Shown in pieces: positions 39,953 through 53,422 of a stretch of 64,000 nt of DNA. The notes under the pieces are model-generated. The model was given only the letters and a program-made list of their open reading frames with translations, was not told the DNA's origin and made no database searches. The number at the start of each line of letters is the position of its first letter. Position 1 is the first letter of the stretch. The position numbers and the translations under genes were made by a program. Origin of the DNA: Eledone cirrhosa (Eukaryota); contig OZ024758.1 of assembly GCA_964016885.1 (NCBI GenBank), positions 31,124,001 to 31,188,000 of the forward strand, in the 5' to 3' direction.

Positions 39953-41671
39953 ATAATGTATTGATGTAATAAAATATTATGTGTGTGTCTGTGTGTATAT
40001 CAGTGTAGAATATTGAACCAGTTTTTTGTGTGTATCAATATAGTCTGCATTTATTCATTCGTATATGTATACATGGGTTTATATATATAAATGCTTTGTA
40101 TGAATTTATGCTTGCATAAATTCATTTGTACGGTTGTGCATATTTGAATGTCCATAACATACATACTGCAATACCGGTTACACTGCATATATATTGTGGC
40201 TAAAGGCATTATAGGATGCGTTCAGCTTGATAGAAAGCTTGTATAAGTTTGTCTTTCTGCCAATGCCAACTAGAATTTCTCTTTGGTAACAGATATAACA
40301 TAAATTATTTCTCATTGAAACATATTGACAAATGTCATGTAAATATTTCCAGGCTTTTATTTTAAAGTTCAAGCTTCCTGTTCCAAATATTGCATAATGT
40401 TTACGCCATTCAAAACCATTCTTTTCTAAATGATTACATAAATTTCTAAACATTTGTATACAAATATTGCTGCTGTATAAATGTGAGTAAATGGTAAGAT
40501 GTATCCGCGTACATAGGTTTAGTTGCCTGCTGTAGGCTTTACTCTTTATAGTTTATTTGTATGGAGGATGACAGAATGAAATTATGGGGGAGCTTTCTTA
40601 TAATGTAAATATGATATGGTGTATTTAGTGGAACCCACCTTCAAGTTCAAGTTTTAGAATTAGTTTCCTTTCTAACCGTTTAGTCAAAAGTAGAAAGACC
40701 CCTTAGACCCTTATATTTTCAGAGCTTCTTAGAATGGTGTTGGGGAGGAGGTTATCCTCAAACCGGAGACATGGTCCGAATGCTTGCACCAAAGGACTAG
40801 ATGAGGTATTAAACCGGGTGTCGAATTAAGTCTCACACCCAAAAATCGAAACAAAGCGCCGTAACAAACATAGCAATACATTTCACCCGGCGGACTATTC
40901 CGCCAATCGATCATTTTTGATTGATAGTTTCTTTTTTTTCGACTTCGAAGTCAAAGTTGACTTCGATCCGGTTTCAAATCAGAAGACAGAATGATAAAGC
41001 AAGTTTGAACTCAGTTAAAGCAAATATCACAACGTATCTCATTTGACGCTCTACTGAGTTTATTAATTCGTCACATTGGGAGAGAAGATGTAAATCAACT
41101 GAATTATCCAATTTCATAAATGATATTTAGTATAGCGATACTAAACGGATGAATTAATACCAAAGGAAGTGCTTTAGTTATCTATATTTTTTCGTACGTA
41201 TTGACTCTAGGCTACCTCAACCCAGAATGCTCTTACGACATACTTGCATTTTTCGTTTCCTGAAAAAAATGAAGTTGATTTCTGCTGATATAGACATCGT
41301 GTAAATTCTAATCGTGATGTTTCTTGATTGCAGTTATTTTCTCTAGACCCAGAAAAAAGTTGGGTTTTTTTTCCTGCGATTTACAACGGCATAGGAACTA
41401 TTGACTCTTCCATCGAGAGACTGGCGTCCAATAAATTATAGTGTGTGTACGTATGTATGTGTGTACATGTGTATGCACACACACATACATACGTAAACAC
41501 ACACATACATACACATACATATTTAATTCATATGTATGTATATACTATATATGTATGTGTGTATATAAATATACATACACATGTAGGCATATATGTAGGC
41601 ATATGTATGTGTGTATATAAATATACATACACATGTAGGCATATACATACATGTATACATATATGTATACA

Positions 41672-41960
41672 TGGATGGCGACGAGTGTTCCAGTTGATCC
41701 AATCAACTGAACAGCCTGCTCGTGAAATTAGCGTGCAAGTCTGTGCATTCCACAGATACACGTACCCTTACCGAAGTTCTCAGGGAGATTCAGCGTACTA
41801 CAGAATATGACATGGCTGACCCTTCGAATTATAGGCACAACTCATTTTAGGCAGCTGAGTGAACTGGAGCAACGTGAAATAAAGTGCCTTGCTCGAGGAC
41901 ACAATGCGACGCCGGGAATGGAACTCACGAGCTTGCGATTGTGAGCCGAACGCCTTCACA
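41672..41960 (-). mobile_element. tRNA-derived SINE (family 3, CORE-like body)
   Basis: Minus strand gagttccattcc...cctcgagcaaggcactttatttcacgttgctccagttcactcagctg; (ATGT)-type tail. Confidence 0.8.
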
Positions 41961-41986
41961 CAGGTAAACATACATACATACATACA

Positions 41987-42526
41987 TGGTGGCTGCCAAC
42001 TCGTTTTCGAGTACGGCCACTACTTTATATCCATGTAGGAGAACCCCTACCGATGCGCTGAACGAGTGTGACTTTTTAGTCCAGCCAGCGACTTGAAAAC
42101 TCTGGTACAAACACTACACTTGTGACAATTATTGACACATAGTGCTGGGCCCATGGTACCATGTGATGACAAGTACAGAGAGATCTCCAGATATAAAGCA
42201 ATGCCTGTGCTGTGAAGCTTTTATAGTGAGCAAAGGCACTGCACAAAGCCAGTCCCACTCTCTTAACCAAGATGATATTTACCAAATGAAGAACAATTCA
42301 ACATCATTGGATACCATCAGGGTTGCAGGTGTTACATCAGAGTTTTCCTTCTCCTAGAATTCTGCCTTGACAAAGGCTAAGGGGTCATCTCTCCCGGTGA
42401 TTTTGGATGGCCATTGACTCTTAAGAGCTCCTTTGCCCTTTGACAGGTTTTGTTTTTAGTCCTGCAGGATGTCCAAAGTCACCCTCCTCACCAAGAAACC
42501 TTGGTGAGGAGGGTGACTTTGGACAT
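41987..42526 (-). mobile_element. Family R element ending in a 27-bp snap-back hairpin
   Basis: Matches 45849-46362; stem 42469-42495/42500-42526. Confidence 0.85.
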
Positions 42527-42543
42527 ACATACATACATATGAA

Positions 42544-42931
42544 TATTGGGGCACTGGGGTATGTTAGTAACTGCCGCAATACAAATCTTGAGAAGCTACG
42601 CTTCACAGGAACAGAAAGAACACAACTAGTTAGGAAACTACAAGTGCAATCCATTAATGGAACAGTAAAAATATGTAAAACATTCCAAAAATGTTGCATC
42701 TAATAACTGCATATACACATGTACAGATGCAAAGCATATACACATGCACGCATACAACTCAAAACATACACATTCACACATACAACAACATCCATATCTA
42801 CACATGCAGATATACATACATATCTCCCTAGTTGATGTTGTATAAATTCCAATGAGAGAGTCTTGTGTCTATATTAGAAACCGACTCTTTCTCTATTGGT
42901 AAAAATTTGTGAAATTATAAAACCAGAAGAA
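42544..42931 (+). mobile_element. R4/Dong-like LINE 3' end inside (CATA)n (copy 2)
   Basis: Close match to ~29095-29481, same 3' junction. Confidence 0.7.
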
Positions 42932-42986
42932 CATACATACATACATACATACATACATACATACATACATACATACATACATACAT

Positions 42987-43855
42987 TCTGGCTGCCCCCT
43001 CGTTATCGAGTATGGCCATTGCACGAGAAAAATATATATATATATACATATATATTAATAACAATAATAATAATAATAACGACAACAACAACCATAATAA
43101 TATACACATATATATATATACACACACACGCACACACATAAACATATTTATACACACACACACACACGATAGCAACTAACAGCGCTGCGAACGAATGTAG
43201 CTTTTTAGCCCAGCCAATGATCTAAAATGTCTTGCACAGAGTCAGCAACCAAAACATTCACTGGGAATAGTCGGCTGTGGTTGGAGTTCGTGTACTTTTG
43301 TATGTCGCTTGAGCCCTCCTGCTGATTTACATTCTCTACCACATGCTTGGCAAGCATGATGAGTAGCATCTCCAACAGCAGCCTGGTAGTCAACCACTGG
43401 TCTTACTTTATGACTGCAAAGATGACTTTCGAGTCCAGCTTTGCTTAGGCAGAGTCGTCTCGCGCAGACGTTGCATGTCAGCACCATAGGAGGACCCTCG
43501 CCGTCTGGAATGGCAACAGCAATGCCCTTCCTCACATCCCGCTTTACTTTCTCGTATGCGATTCGAGATGCCTCAAAGGCAACTTTTCCCTCATATACAG
43601 TCTTTCTCCATTTATTATGATCAGCAGCAATATTTTCCCATGTATCAGCAGAGATGTTAGCGTCTTTCAAAGAGGCTTTCAAGGAATCCTTATACCTCTT
43701 TTTTGGTTGATGTGGCGGTCGTTTTCCTTTAACCAACTCTCCATAAAAGAGTTGTTTTGGTATTCTAGAATCCTTCATCCTGGCAAGGAGACCACTCCAA
43801 CGGAGTCGTTGCTTAAGCACACGAGCTTCTATACTGTCACACATAGATCTTTTCA
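42987..43855 (-). mobile_element. RTE LINE 3' fragment with C-terminal C2H2-like fingers
   Basis: SIEARVLKQRLRWSG...RIPKQLFYGEL...KRYKDSLK; CNVC..KAGLESH and CQACGRECKSAGGLKRH; (ATGT)n tail; simple repeats inserted at 43030-43168. Confidence 0.88.
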
Positions 43856-44664
43856 TACATACATACATACATACATACATACATACATACATACATACAT
43901 ACATACATACATACATACATACATACATACAATTTCATATAATAATCAACAGTGGGAAAGGAGATAGAATAACATTGAAATATCAATTTGTATAAGCCTC
44001 AAGTTAGATGGATATTGTTGCATAAAGATATCAAATTCATTTTGTTGAGTTTTTTGTTCGTTTGCAAAAGATTTTAAAGAAAGATATATTTGATATTGTT
44101 ATTTAGTGATTGCGACAAGTTACTGTTGTAAATTGTAGCAATGTGTAAAGTAGATTAGCAAAATAATTACTGATAAGGGAAGAACTGGTGGTAATATAAC
44201 TTGTTTCCTTCTGTGTTGACATATGTGTGTTGATATATATATGTGTGTTGATATATATATATGTGTTGATATATATAGATATATGTTGATATATATATGT
44301 TGATATATATATGTTGATATATGTGTGTTGATATATGTGTGTTCATATATATATATATGTTAATATATTTATATATTTATACTCGGATTTTTTTCCTAGA
44401 GTGCTTAAATTATCTGTGACTAATCCCGGTTTTTTTATAAAAACTGCGATAATATTGCTGTTTGCTGAACTCCTTTTGTAGAGTTTTTTTCGGAATGTAT
44501 TTGACTGTTATTTCTTGTAAACAAACATTCATTTCATCCTGACGTCACTAGCCCTGTTTTTCCTCATGTGTGTTTTTCATAATCACGCATGATGGTGAAC
44601 TAGCCAGTTTTAGAATTCCCTTTTTGGCTTATAAATCTGTGAGAGTCCTGGTTATCGAGTTGAG

Positions 44665-44741
44665 CTCTGCTGATGATGAACTCCAACCGTGACCATCTCC
44701 ACTGAAAGTTTTCATGAAATAGTCTTTAAGACTATACAGAG
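44665..44741 (+). ncRNA. Type I hammerhead with long helix III
   Basis: CTCTG-CTGATGA-TGAA...TTCAT-GAAA-TAGTCTT T AAGACTA-TA/CAGAG. Confidence 0.8.
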
Positions 44742-45134
44742 AATTTGATGTTTTTCCAAATTGAAGGATAAATATTTTAGACTTTATTTTATCATGAGTT
44801 AAGGGTCTATTGATTTTTCCCTGGATTTCACTAAATTCTGTGGATGAATTTATATCCTGATTCTCTTTTGAGATGACTTTGAATTATTTTTCCTACATCT
44901 TACGTTAACTATTTTTCCCATCTTGACTACATAGTCGCATATATGTTATGGAATACTGTTAGCTTATCGCTAAAACAATTTCTATACCTTTCATTTATAT
45001 ATGTTAATATATATATGTTCATATATGTGTGTGTTTAAAACAGGAGTGAAATGTAATACATAAACGCACATTCACGCACATACATGTACATATATATATA
45101 TATATAGATGTGTATATATAACATATATATATAC

Positions 45135-45206
<72 letters not shown>

Positions 45207-45298
45207 GTATATATATACACATGTATATATATATATTTACGTATATATATATTCATGTGTATATATATAAACTTATATATACATATATACATATATAT

Positions 45299-45416
<118 letters not shown>

Positions 45417-45449
45417 ATATATACATATATACATGTATATTTAAACACT

Positions 45450-45555
45450 TTTTCTGATGATTTGGTTAAGCATACATTGCATATAAAATTGAGTGACACA
45501 ACTTCAAGTGATTACCAACTTTTAGACACCCTAATCAATGAAACAATTGTTAATA
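45450..45555 (+). ncRNA. Hammerhead with 79-nt helix II domain, weak helix I
   Basis: CTGATGA-T-TTGGTTA...TAATCAA-T-GAAA-CAATTG-TT/AATA. Confidence 0.65.
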
Positions 45556-45795
45556 CTGTAAATAAAACCCTTCTTGTACTGTTGACCATGTTATTCTTCA
45601 CGCTTTCACTATTATTATTCCAAGATTAACTTGCATAGGAATTCCTGAAAACTCACAAACTCGCTACCTAAGGAAACCTCTTGTTATCCACAATACGGAG
45701 TATTCACAACCTCTAACTGGATTACCTATAACGATATTTTGTTATCCCATATACATGTATATGTGTATATATAAATGTATATATATATACATGTA

Positions 45796-46362
45796 TCCCA
45801 GTACAACCTGTCTCATGGTCGGGTCGTTGGCGACTAAACTGGCAACCCCACCAAGGTTTCTTGGTGAAGAGGGTGACTTTGGACATCCTGCAGGACTAAA
45901 AACAAAACCTGTCAAAGGGCAACGGAGCTCTGAAGTGTCAATGGCCATCCAAAATCACCGGGAGAGATGACCCCTTAGCCTTTGTCAAGGCAGAATTCTA
46001 GGAGAAGGAAAACTCTGATATAACACCTGTAACCCTGTGGTATCCAATGATGTTGACTTGTTCTTCTTTTTGGTAAATATAATCTTGGTTAAGAGAGTGG
46101 GACTGGCTTTGTGCAGTGCCTTTGCTCACTATGAAAGCTTCACAGGCATTGCTTTATATCTGGAGATCTCTCTGCACTTGTCGTCACATGGTACCATGGG
46201 CCCAGCACTATGTGTCAATAATTGTCACAAGTGTAGTGTTTGTACCAGAGTTTTCAAGTCGCTGGCTGGACTAAAAAGTCACACTCGTTCAGCGCATTGG
46301 TAGGGTTCTCCTACATGGATATAAAGTAGTGGCCGTACTCGAAAACAAGTTGGCAGCCACCA
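45796..46362 (+). mobile_element. Longest family R copy: RTE-derived non-autonomous element (~570 bp)
   Basis: 5' part resembles RTE 5' UTRs (ctaggagaaggaaaactctga); 3' part encodes [17 protein letters not shown] and shares its terminus with the RTE at 42987. Confidence 0.7.
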
Positions 46363-46561
46363 TATATATATATACATGTATATATACATGTATATATATA
46401 CGTTTATGTATATATATATATATATACGTGTGTATATACATATATATAAATATATATATATATATGTGTGTATATACATGTCTATATATAAACATATATA
46501 TATATATACACGTATATATATATATATATATATATATACACGTATATATATATATATACAC

Positions 46562-46597
<36 letters not shown>

Positions 46598-46681
46598 GTT
46601 TATATATAGACATGTATACACACACATATATATATATATTTATATATATGTATATACACGTATATTTATATATATATATAC

Positions 46682-46730
<49 letters not shown>

Positions 46731-46863
46731 AATGAAAAGTATAGAAATTGTTGTAGCGAAGCGAGAAGCTAACAGTATTCCATAACATATATGTATATAT
46801 ATATGAAGATCCCGTTAAGGGTGAAAGCAGCGATTCTTTGCTTAAACTTTAATCTGTTATTTA

Positions 46864-46949
<86 letters not shown>

Positions 46950-47105
46950 GTCTATATATAACATGTGTATATATACATATATACACGTATATATATAAAG
47001 GATTATGAGTTCATGCAATTGACTTATGTTTCGTCACTAAATATATATATATTTAATTTTAATTTTATTATATTATTTTATTTTCTTATTATCTTTTATT
47101 ATTTT

Positions 47106-47676
47106 TGGCAGTATCGGCAGAGGGTCAGACGCCATGCTTTGCAGCAAAGAGTTACGGCCCTTTATGATCTGAGTTCAAATCCCGCCGAGGTTTAACTTTG
47201 CCTTTCATCCTTACGGGGTCGATGAAATAAAGTACCAGTAATGCACTGGGTAATTGCTGGCCTTGTGCCAAAAGTAGAAACAATTATTTTATTATTATTA
47301 TTTTATTTTGTACCAAAAGTAGAAACACTTATTTTACTATTATTATTTTATTTTATTATTAAGGGCGGTGGATTGGCAGTATAGGTAGAGGGTCGGACGC
47401 CATGCTTTGACGCATAGAGTTACGGCCCTTGCCATTCTGAGTTCAAATCCCGCCGAGGTTAACTTTGCCTTTCATCCTTACGGGGTCGATAAAATAAAGT
47501 ACCAGTAATACACTGGATAATTACTGGCCTTGTGTCAAAAGTAAAAACAATTATTTTATTTTATTATTAACCGCCGAGGTTAACTTTGTCTTTCATCCTT
47601 ACGGGGTCGATAAAATAAAGTACCAGCAATGAACTGGATAATTGCTGGCCTTGTGCCTAAAGTAGAAACAATTATT
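47106..47676 (+). mobile_element. Cluster of three family-1 SINEs (47106-47289, 47361-47555, 47571-47676)
   Basis: Same orientation; each lies in the (TTA)-rich tail of the previous one. Confidence 0.9.
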
Positions 47677-48081
47677 TTATTTTATTATTTTTTCATTATT
47701 TTTTTATTATTTTATTATATTTTATTTTATTTTATTATTTTTATCATTTTTATATTTTTTGCTGCTTTTTTATTACTTTATTATAATTTATATTATTTTT
47801 ATTACTTTATTATAATTTATATTATTTTTATTACTTTATTATAATTTATATTATTTTTTATTTTTATGCTTTTGCATTTTTTTTGCTTTTGCATTCTTTG
47901 TTTTGTGTACCATCTATTATATCTGCATCTTGTTGAATCCACTTATGCCCTGGCATTTAGCTGCGGTGCTTAACAACCCCAGCATGCACCTCTTTGTTCG
48001 CCATCTCCAATCTCCCTGCTTTTATCTTTATTCTGATTGTTCGTGTGACTAGGTTATTGTGGAGCTTATACTCGACATTAT

Positions 48082-48142
48082 ATTTATTAGGCTCTGAGGA
48101 TTCCTGACAAAACGTGAGGATGACACATTGTAAGTGAATAAA
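48082..48142 (+). ncRNA. Decayed hammerhead (GAAA to GACA)
   Basis: TTTATTAGGCT-CTGAGGA-T-TCCT...AGGA-T-GACA-CATTG-TA/AGTGAATAAA. Confidence 0.55.
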
Positions 48143-48285
48143 GACTGTTTGAGTATGTAAGCATTCTTTGGTTTCTTTTGCATATAACGGCTCTGTTCTT
48201 GTACATTGAGCTAACACAATACTGCCATAATACAGTACGGTGCGTGCGTGTTTATGCACATACGCTCCGTGCTATACGTAAATAA

Positions 48286-48321
<36 letters not shown>

Positions 48322-49439
48322 ATTAATACAATAACAGAGATAGTTTAAAGCTAATCTCTGACTGGTAACCATCTCACTCAACAAACATTAGGTTATATTT
48401 TAATATAAACCCAATATAAGTGTTTGGGGTGCTAACAATATGTATTATGTGGAAAAGCCAGTTGTATTATTTTATGAGATATAATTAAAGTTAAAATATA
48501 TATCTCTTTCCAAACAATTGTTTCATTATAAGTTTTCTACAAATTCGGAGAATATTTCCAGTTTATGTAGAAGCCTAATATACATTCATGTAAGAATATA
48601 TTTAGGTGGGCACTTATAAATCATCAGTGGAAGCCCATTAAACTTTGATATAAGAAAAAAAAATTTCTTACCGTAGTTAAAAATCGTGTCTGTTAAGTTG
48701 CTCCTTCCCGCATCGAGTGACCGGCAAATTTGAAATTCCAGCAGTTTTTGACTGAGGAAGTATTATAGCGTCACTAAGTGGGAAGGGGAGACAATCACGA
48801 TCCACGAAAGGAGGAAAAAAAATAATATACATGCGGGTTAAACAGTTTTTTCGAAAACATTATCAATCCAACGTGTTAAGAACTCAATTGAAATTAAAAA
48901 AATAAATATATGCGTGTATAAATTACACACGCATATCGATATTTTCTTAGGCTAAATCAGAGGTTGTACCTGAATAAGAAACCGCATCTCGTAACCGTAG
49001 TAAATACGGAAAGTTATGCTTTAAAGGGCAAATGGGAATGTAAATCTCCGGCCAAATTAAGAGTAAAATATAAAAGACACGCTGGTTAATTAGTTATTTC
49101 AAAGCTAATATCAATTCCTCGTGTAAAGAACTCAATTAATTTAAAAAAATAAATGTATGCATGTAATTATATACATAGGCATATATATATTTTCTTAGGC
49201 TGAAAAACAGAGAAGTTACAACCAATAAAAACCACAATATCGCCCAACAGTAATAAATACGGAAAGTCAAATTTATAAGGTACCTGTAAATAAACACCTC
49301 TGGTCAATCAAGAGTAAAATATTAATACAATAACAGAGATAGTTTAAAGCTAATCTCTGACTGGTAACCATCTCACTCAACAAACATTAGGTTATATTTT
49401 AATATAAACCCATATAAGTGTTTGGGGTGCTAACAATAT
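48322..49439 (-). mobile_element. ~1-kb non-coding element with ~118-bp terminal direct repeat and branched-helix-II HHR (48508-48632)
   Basis: 48322-48440 repeated at 49321-49439; TTCCA-CTGATGA-T-TTATAAG...CTTATAA-T-GAAA-CAATTG-TT/TGGAA; flanked by TA runs. Confidence 0.82.
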
Positions 49440-49515
49440 ATATATATATATGTGTGTGTGTGTGTATATATATACATGTCTATAGATAAACATGTGTATA
49501 TATACATATATACAC

Positions 49516-49564
<49 letters not shown>

Positions 49565-49587
49565 TAGATAGATATATATATATATAA

Positions 49588-49914
49588 GCAGAAGTGGTAT
49601 TATTAAACACACACAGACACCCGGATGTGGCGCATGCGCAGACTGAGCACACAACACACACACAGAAACAAGATGGCGTAGCACAGAACAAAGGAGAGGC
49701 ACAAAAACAAAGAAAAGAATCCCCAGTCACTGAAGAGGTCACAGAATGTGTGACGAAAGAACTTTGACAATATATAAACAATCATCTGGTTGTGGAACCA
49801 ACCAACCAACCGGAAATTTATAAATTCCTAAATTTATAAATTTATTATAATAAATTGAAGTGAAAATTACTGGTGCGTGTGTTTCTTATTGGCAACATGA
49901 CCCTCCCAAAGTAT

Positions 49915-49919
<5 letters not shown>
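49588..49919 (+). mobile_element. Solo PLE pseudo-LTR fragment with HHR (49726-49768)
   Basis: GTCA-CTGAAGA-G-GTCACA(GAATG)TGTGAC-GAAA-GAAC-TT/TGAC; second copy at 57185-57337. Confidence 0.8.
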
Positions 49920-49984
<65 letters not shown>

Positions 49985-51229
49985 GTATGTATATGTACCA
50001 ATGATACATAAACATAATCACACACATACATGTATATATACTCGTATATACATACATACATTCTAACATACACACATACATACATACGCACCTACACACA
50101 CGCATATATACACATAAACACTTACATAGAAATCCTCGCACCTCTTTCTCACTAAAACTTGAGAACCATCCAACCGATTGTTTTCAAACTTTAGACATGT
50201 AATACTTATGGTCCTGTGAGTGTTTTGAGCAAAAATTATTTCAAATTTTCAATGCCCTAGGGACCGCATTAGGCGATTTAGCGTTCTCTCTATATAATTC
50301 TTAGTCTTTCTTTTTAGATAGATACATAGATATAACGTTGCGCCCTTATAATATCTGTCTGTATGTCTGGCTGTCTGCATTACGTCATTATGACGCGCTC
50401 AGCGCGATTCCCTCGGCTTCAGTGACCAAAGTCAGTGGAGAGGGGAAGGTAATGTTTCTGTAGCACGTGTTTTAGCGTCTATTCACTCTCTCTCTCTCTC
50501 CCTCTCTCCATCCCGTCATCCCCCTCTCGTAGTCTGTCTCTTTCTTTCACTGTCACTTTCTCTCTACGCACGTGTTTCCACTGTCGGACAGACAGGCAGA
50601 GAAATTGCTGGTTATATATATAAGTAGATTACACTCACTAGCTGTATTGACTTGGGACATGGTGACACCGTAGTTCTGGAAACCATTCCGTCAATATTGA
50701 GTTTAATATTGATTTCTAACACTGAATCACCCCACCCCACCCCCCAATATTGTGAGATGATAACATATTTTTAATTAACTCCAGTATAAGACCCACCGGA
50801 TCAGTAATTATGTAACATACTTAATGACTCGTAATTTTTAGTCAAGGAGAGGAACCATCAGCCTAAATGCTGTATACGGCTTTTGAAGATTTTACATTTG
50901 CCACAGCTAACCTGAGCAACAACAATAAAGGGGCACAAACATACCCAAAGACTTACGTCAAAAGTGAGTCAATTCCCAGTTATAGATGTTTTCCTTCACT
51001 TACAAACCTCCTTTCCATTCAGTCGATAAGATTCATGAATTCCTGGAGCTATGGGAGGACTACAAGATGCGATATCATAGCAGGTTATGTCCATAACCGG
51101 CTTAGAGATTTGAAATAAAATACTTAAAATACATTAAAAGGCACGGGAGGACAAACGTATTGAAAGGGAGGACGTCGGGGTAGGAGGGATAAAGAAATTT
51201 AGTAGAGAAACAAAGTACACGAGAAGGAA

Positions 51230-51485
51230 ATAATTGTTTCTAATTTAGACACAAGGCCAGCAATTACCCAGTGCATTACTGGTACTTTATTTTATCGACC
51301 CCGCAAGGATGAAAGGCAAAGTTAACACGAGAAGGAAATAATTGTTTCTACTTTAGGCACAAGGCCAGCAATTACCCAGTGCATTACTGGTACTTTATTT
51401 TATCGACCCCGTAAGGATGAAAGGCAAAGTCAACCTCGGCGGGATTTGAACTCAGATCGTAAAGGGACGTAACTATGCTAGAAAG
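51230..51485 (-). mobile_element. Family-1 SINE with locally duplicated 3' half
   Basis: acacgagaaggaaataattgtttcta... occurs twice in tandem. Confidence 0.85.
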
Positions 51486-51809
51486 TATAGGAAATAATGT
51501 GAGTGGGAGGTAGCTTCTACTAATTCTAATTTGTTGTTCTTTTCATTGCTTTTCAGTTTTCTAAGAAATATGTATTGAAAACATGTAAAGAATCAGAAAA
51601 GAAGACTAACTGATGAGGAAGGCTAATTTGATTATGAAGTAAAACGATAAGCAATAGTTATTTACATAATGGATGGAAGGACAAAATAGACATAATTCTT
51701 TAATTAGAAACCAAAGAGACTTTGAACTGTCAAAGAAGAGACTAATAATATTCAGATGGATCAAACATTGAGAAAGATGTAGCAAAATATAACTTCTGTT
51801 GTTACTGAT

Positions 51810-51833
51810 GCTACTACTACTACAACTACTACA

Positions 51834-51881
<48 letters not shown>

Positions 51882-52047
51882 GCTGCTACTACTACTACTA
51901 TAGCTGCTGCTGCTGCTGCTGCTACTGCTACTGCTACTACTACTACTACTACTACAACTACTACTACTACTGCTACTACTACTACTATAGCTGCTGCTGC
52001 TGCTACTGCTACTGCTACTGCTACTACTACAACTACTACTACTACTT

Positions 52048-52085
<38 letters not shown>

Positions 52086-52181
52086 GCTACTACTACTACT
52101 ACTACTACTACTACTGCTACTACTACTACTATAGCTGCTGCTGCGGCTACTGCTACTGCTACTGCTACTGCTACTACTACA

Positions 52182-52236
<55 letters not shown>
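51810..52236. repeat. (CTA)n/(CTG)n trinucleotide array
   Basis: Seen directly. Confidence 0.95.
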
Positions 52237-52342
52237 TAACCTTTCTACTATCTTAATGACCATTGCCACTATTACTACGACTTAAATCTCACACCATTAC
52301 TACTATTGATGATGATGATGGTCGGGAAGATGGTAATGATCT

Positions 52343-53422
52343 GGGTGGTGGTGGTGGTGGTAGTGAAGTTGGTAGTGGTGGTGGTATTGGTGGTGGTGGT
52401 GGTGGTGGTGGTGGTGGTGGTGTTGGTGGTGGTGGTGGTGGTGGTGGTAGTGGTGGTGGTGGTGGTAGTGGTGGTGTTGGTGGTGGTGGTGGTGGTGTTG
52501 GTGGTGGTGGTGGTGGTAGTGGTGGTCTTGGTGGTGGTGGTGGTGGTAGTGAAGTTGGTAGTGGTGGTGGTGGTGTAGTGGTGGTGGTAGTGGTGGTGGT
52601 GGCGGTGGTGGTGGTGGTGGTGGTGTTGGTGGTAGTGATGACGATGTTTCTGCTGCTCAACTAAGAGTGCCATTAGATCAACGTTAATGACAACAAATAC
52701 TCTCACCACCACCACCACCACCACCACCATCACCACCACCACCACCACCACCACCACCACCACCACCACCACCACCACCAATACCACCACCACCACCACC
52801 AATACCACCACTACCACCACCACCACCACCACCACCACCACCAATACCACCACCAACACCACCATCACCACCAATACCACCACCACCACCAATACCACCA
52901 CCACCACCACCACCACCACCAATACCACCACCACCACCACCAATACCACCACCACCACCAATACCACCACCACCACCACCACCACCACCAATACCACCAC
53001 CACCACCACCACCAATACCACCACCACCACCACCACCACCAATACCACCACCACCACCACCACCACCACCACCACCACCACCAATACCACCACCACCACC
53101 AATACCACCACCACCACCACCACCAATACCACCACCACCACCAACACCACCACCACCATCACCACCACCACCACCAACACCACCACTACCACCACCACCA
53201 CCAACACCACCACCACCACCACCACCAACACCACCAACACCACCACCAACACCACCACCAACAACACCACCACCACCACTACACCACCACCACCACCACC
53301 ACCACCACCACCACCACCACCACCACCACCACCACCACCACCACTACTACCACCACCACCACCACCACCACCACCACCACCACCACCACCACCACCACCA
53401 CCACCACCACCACCACCACCAC
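52343..53422. repeat. (GGT)n block followed by (CCA)n block
   Basis: 52343-52635 and 52704-53422. Confidence 0.95.

Noticed and set aside
47361-47455. tRNA gene-like A/B boxes
   Set aside because: These are SINE heads continuing into SINE bodies; no complete cloverleaf.
48091-48135. Possible 39-nt exon (ttag...gtaagt)
   Set aside because: Stops in all three frames; better explained as a decayed hammerhead.
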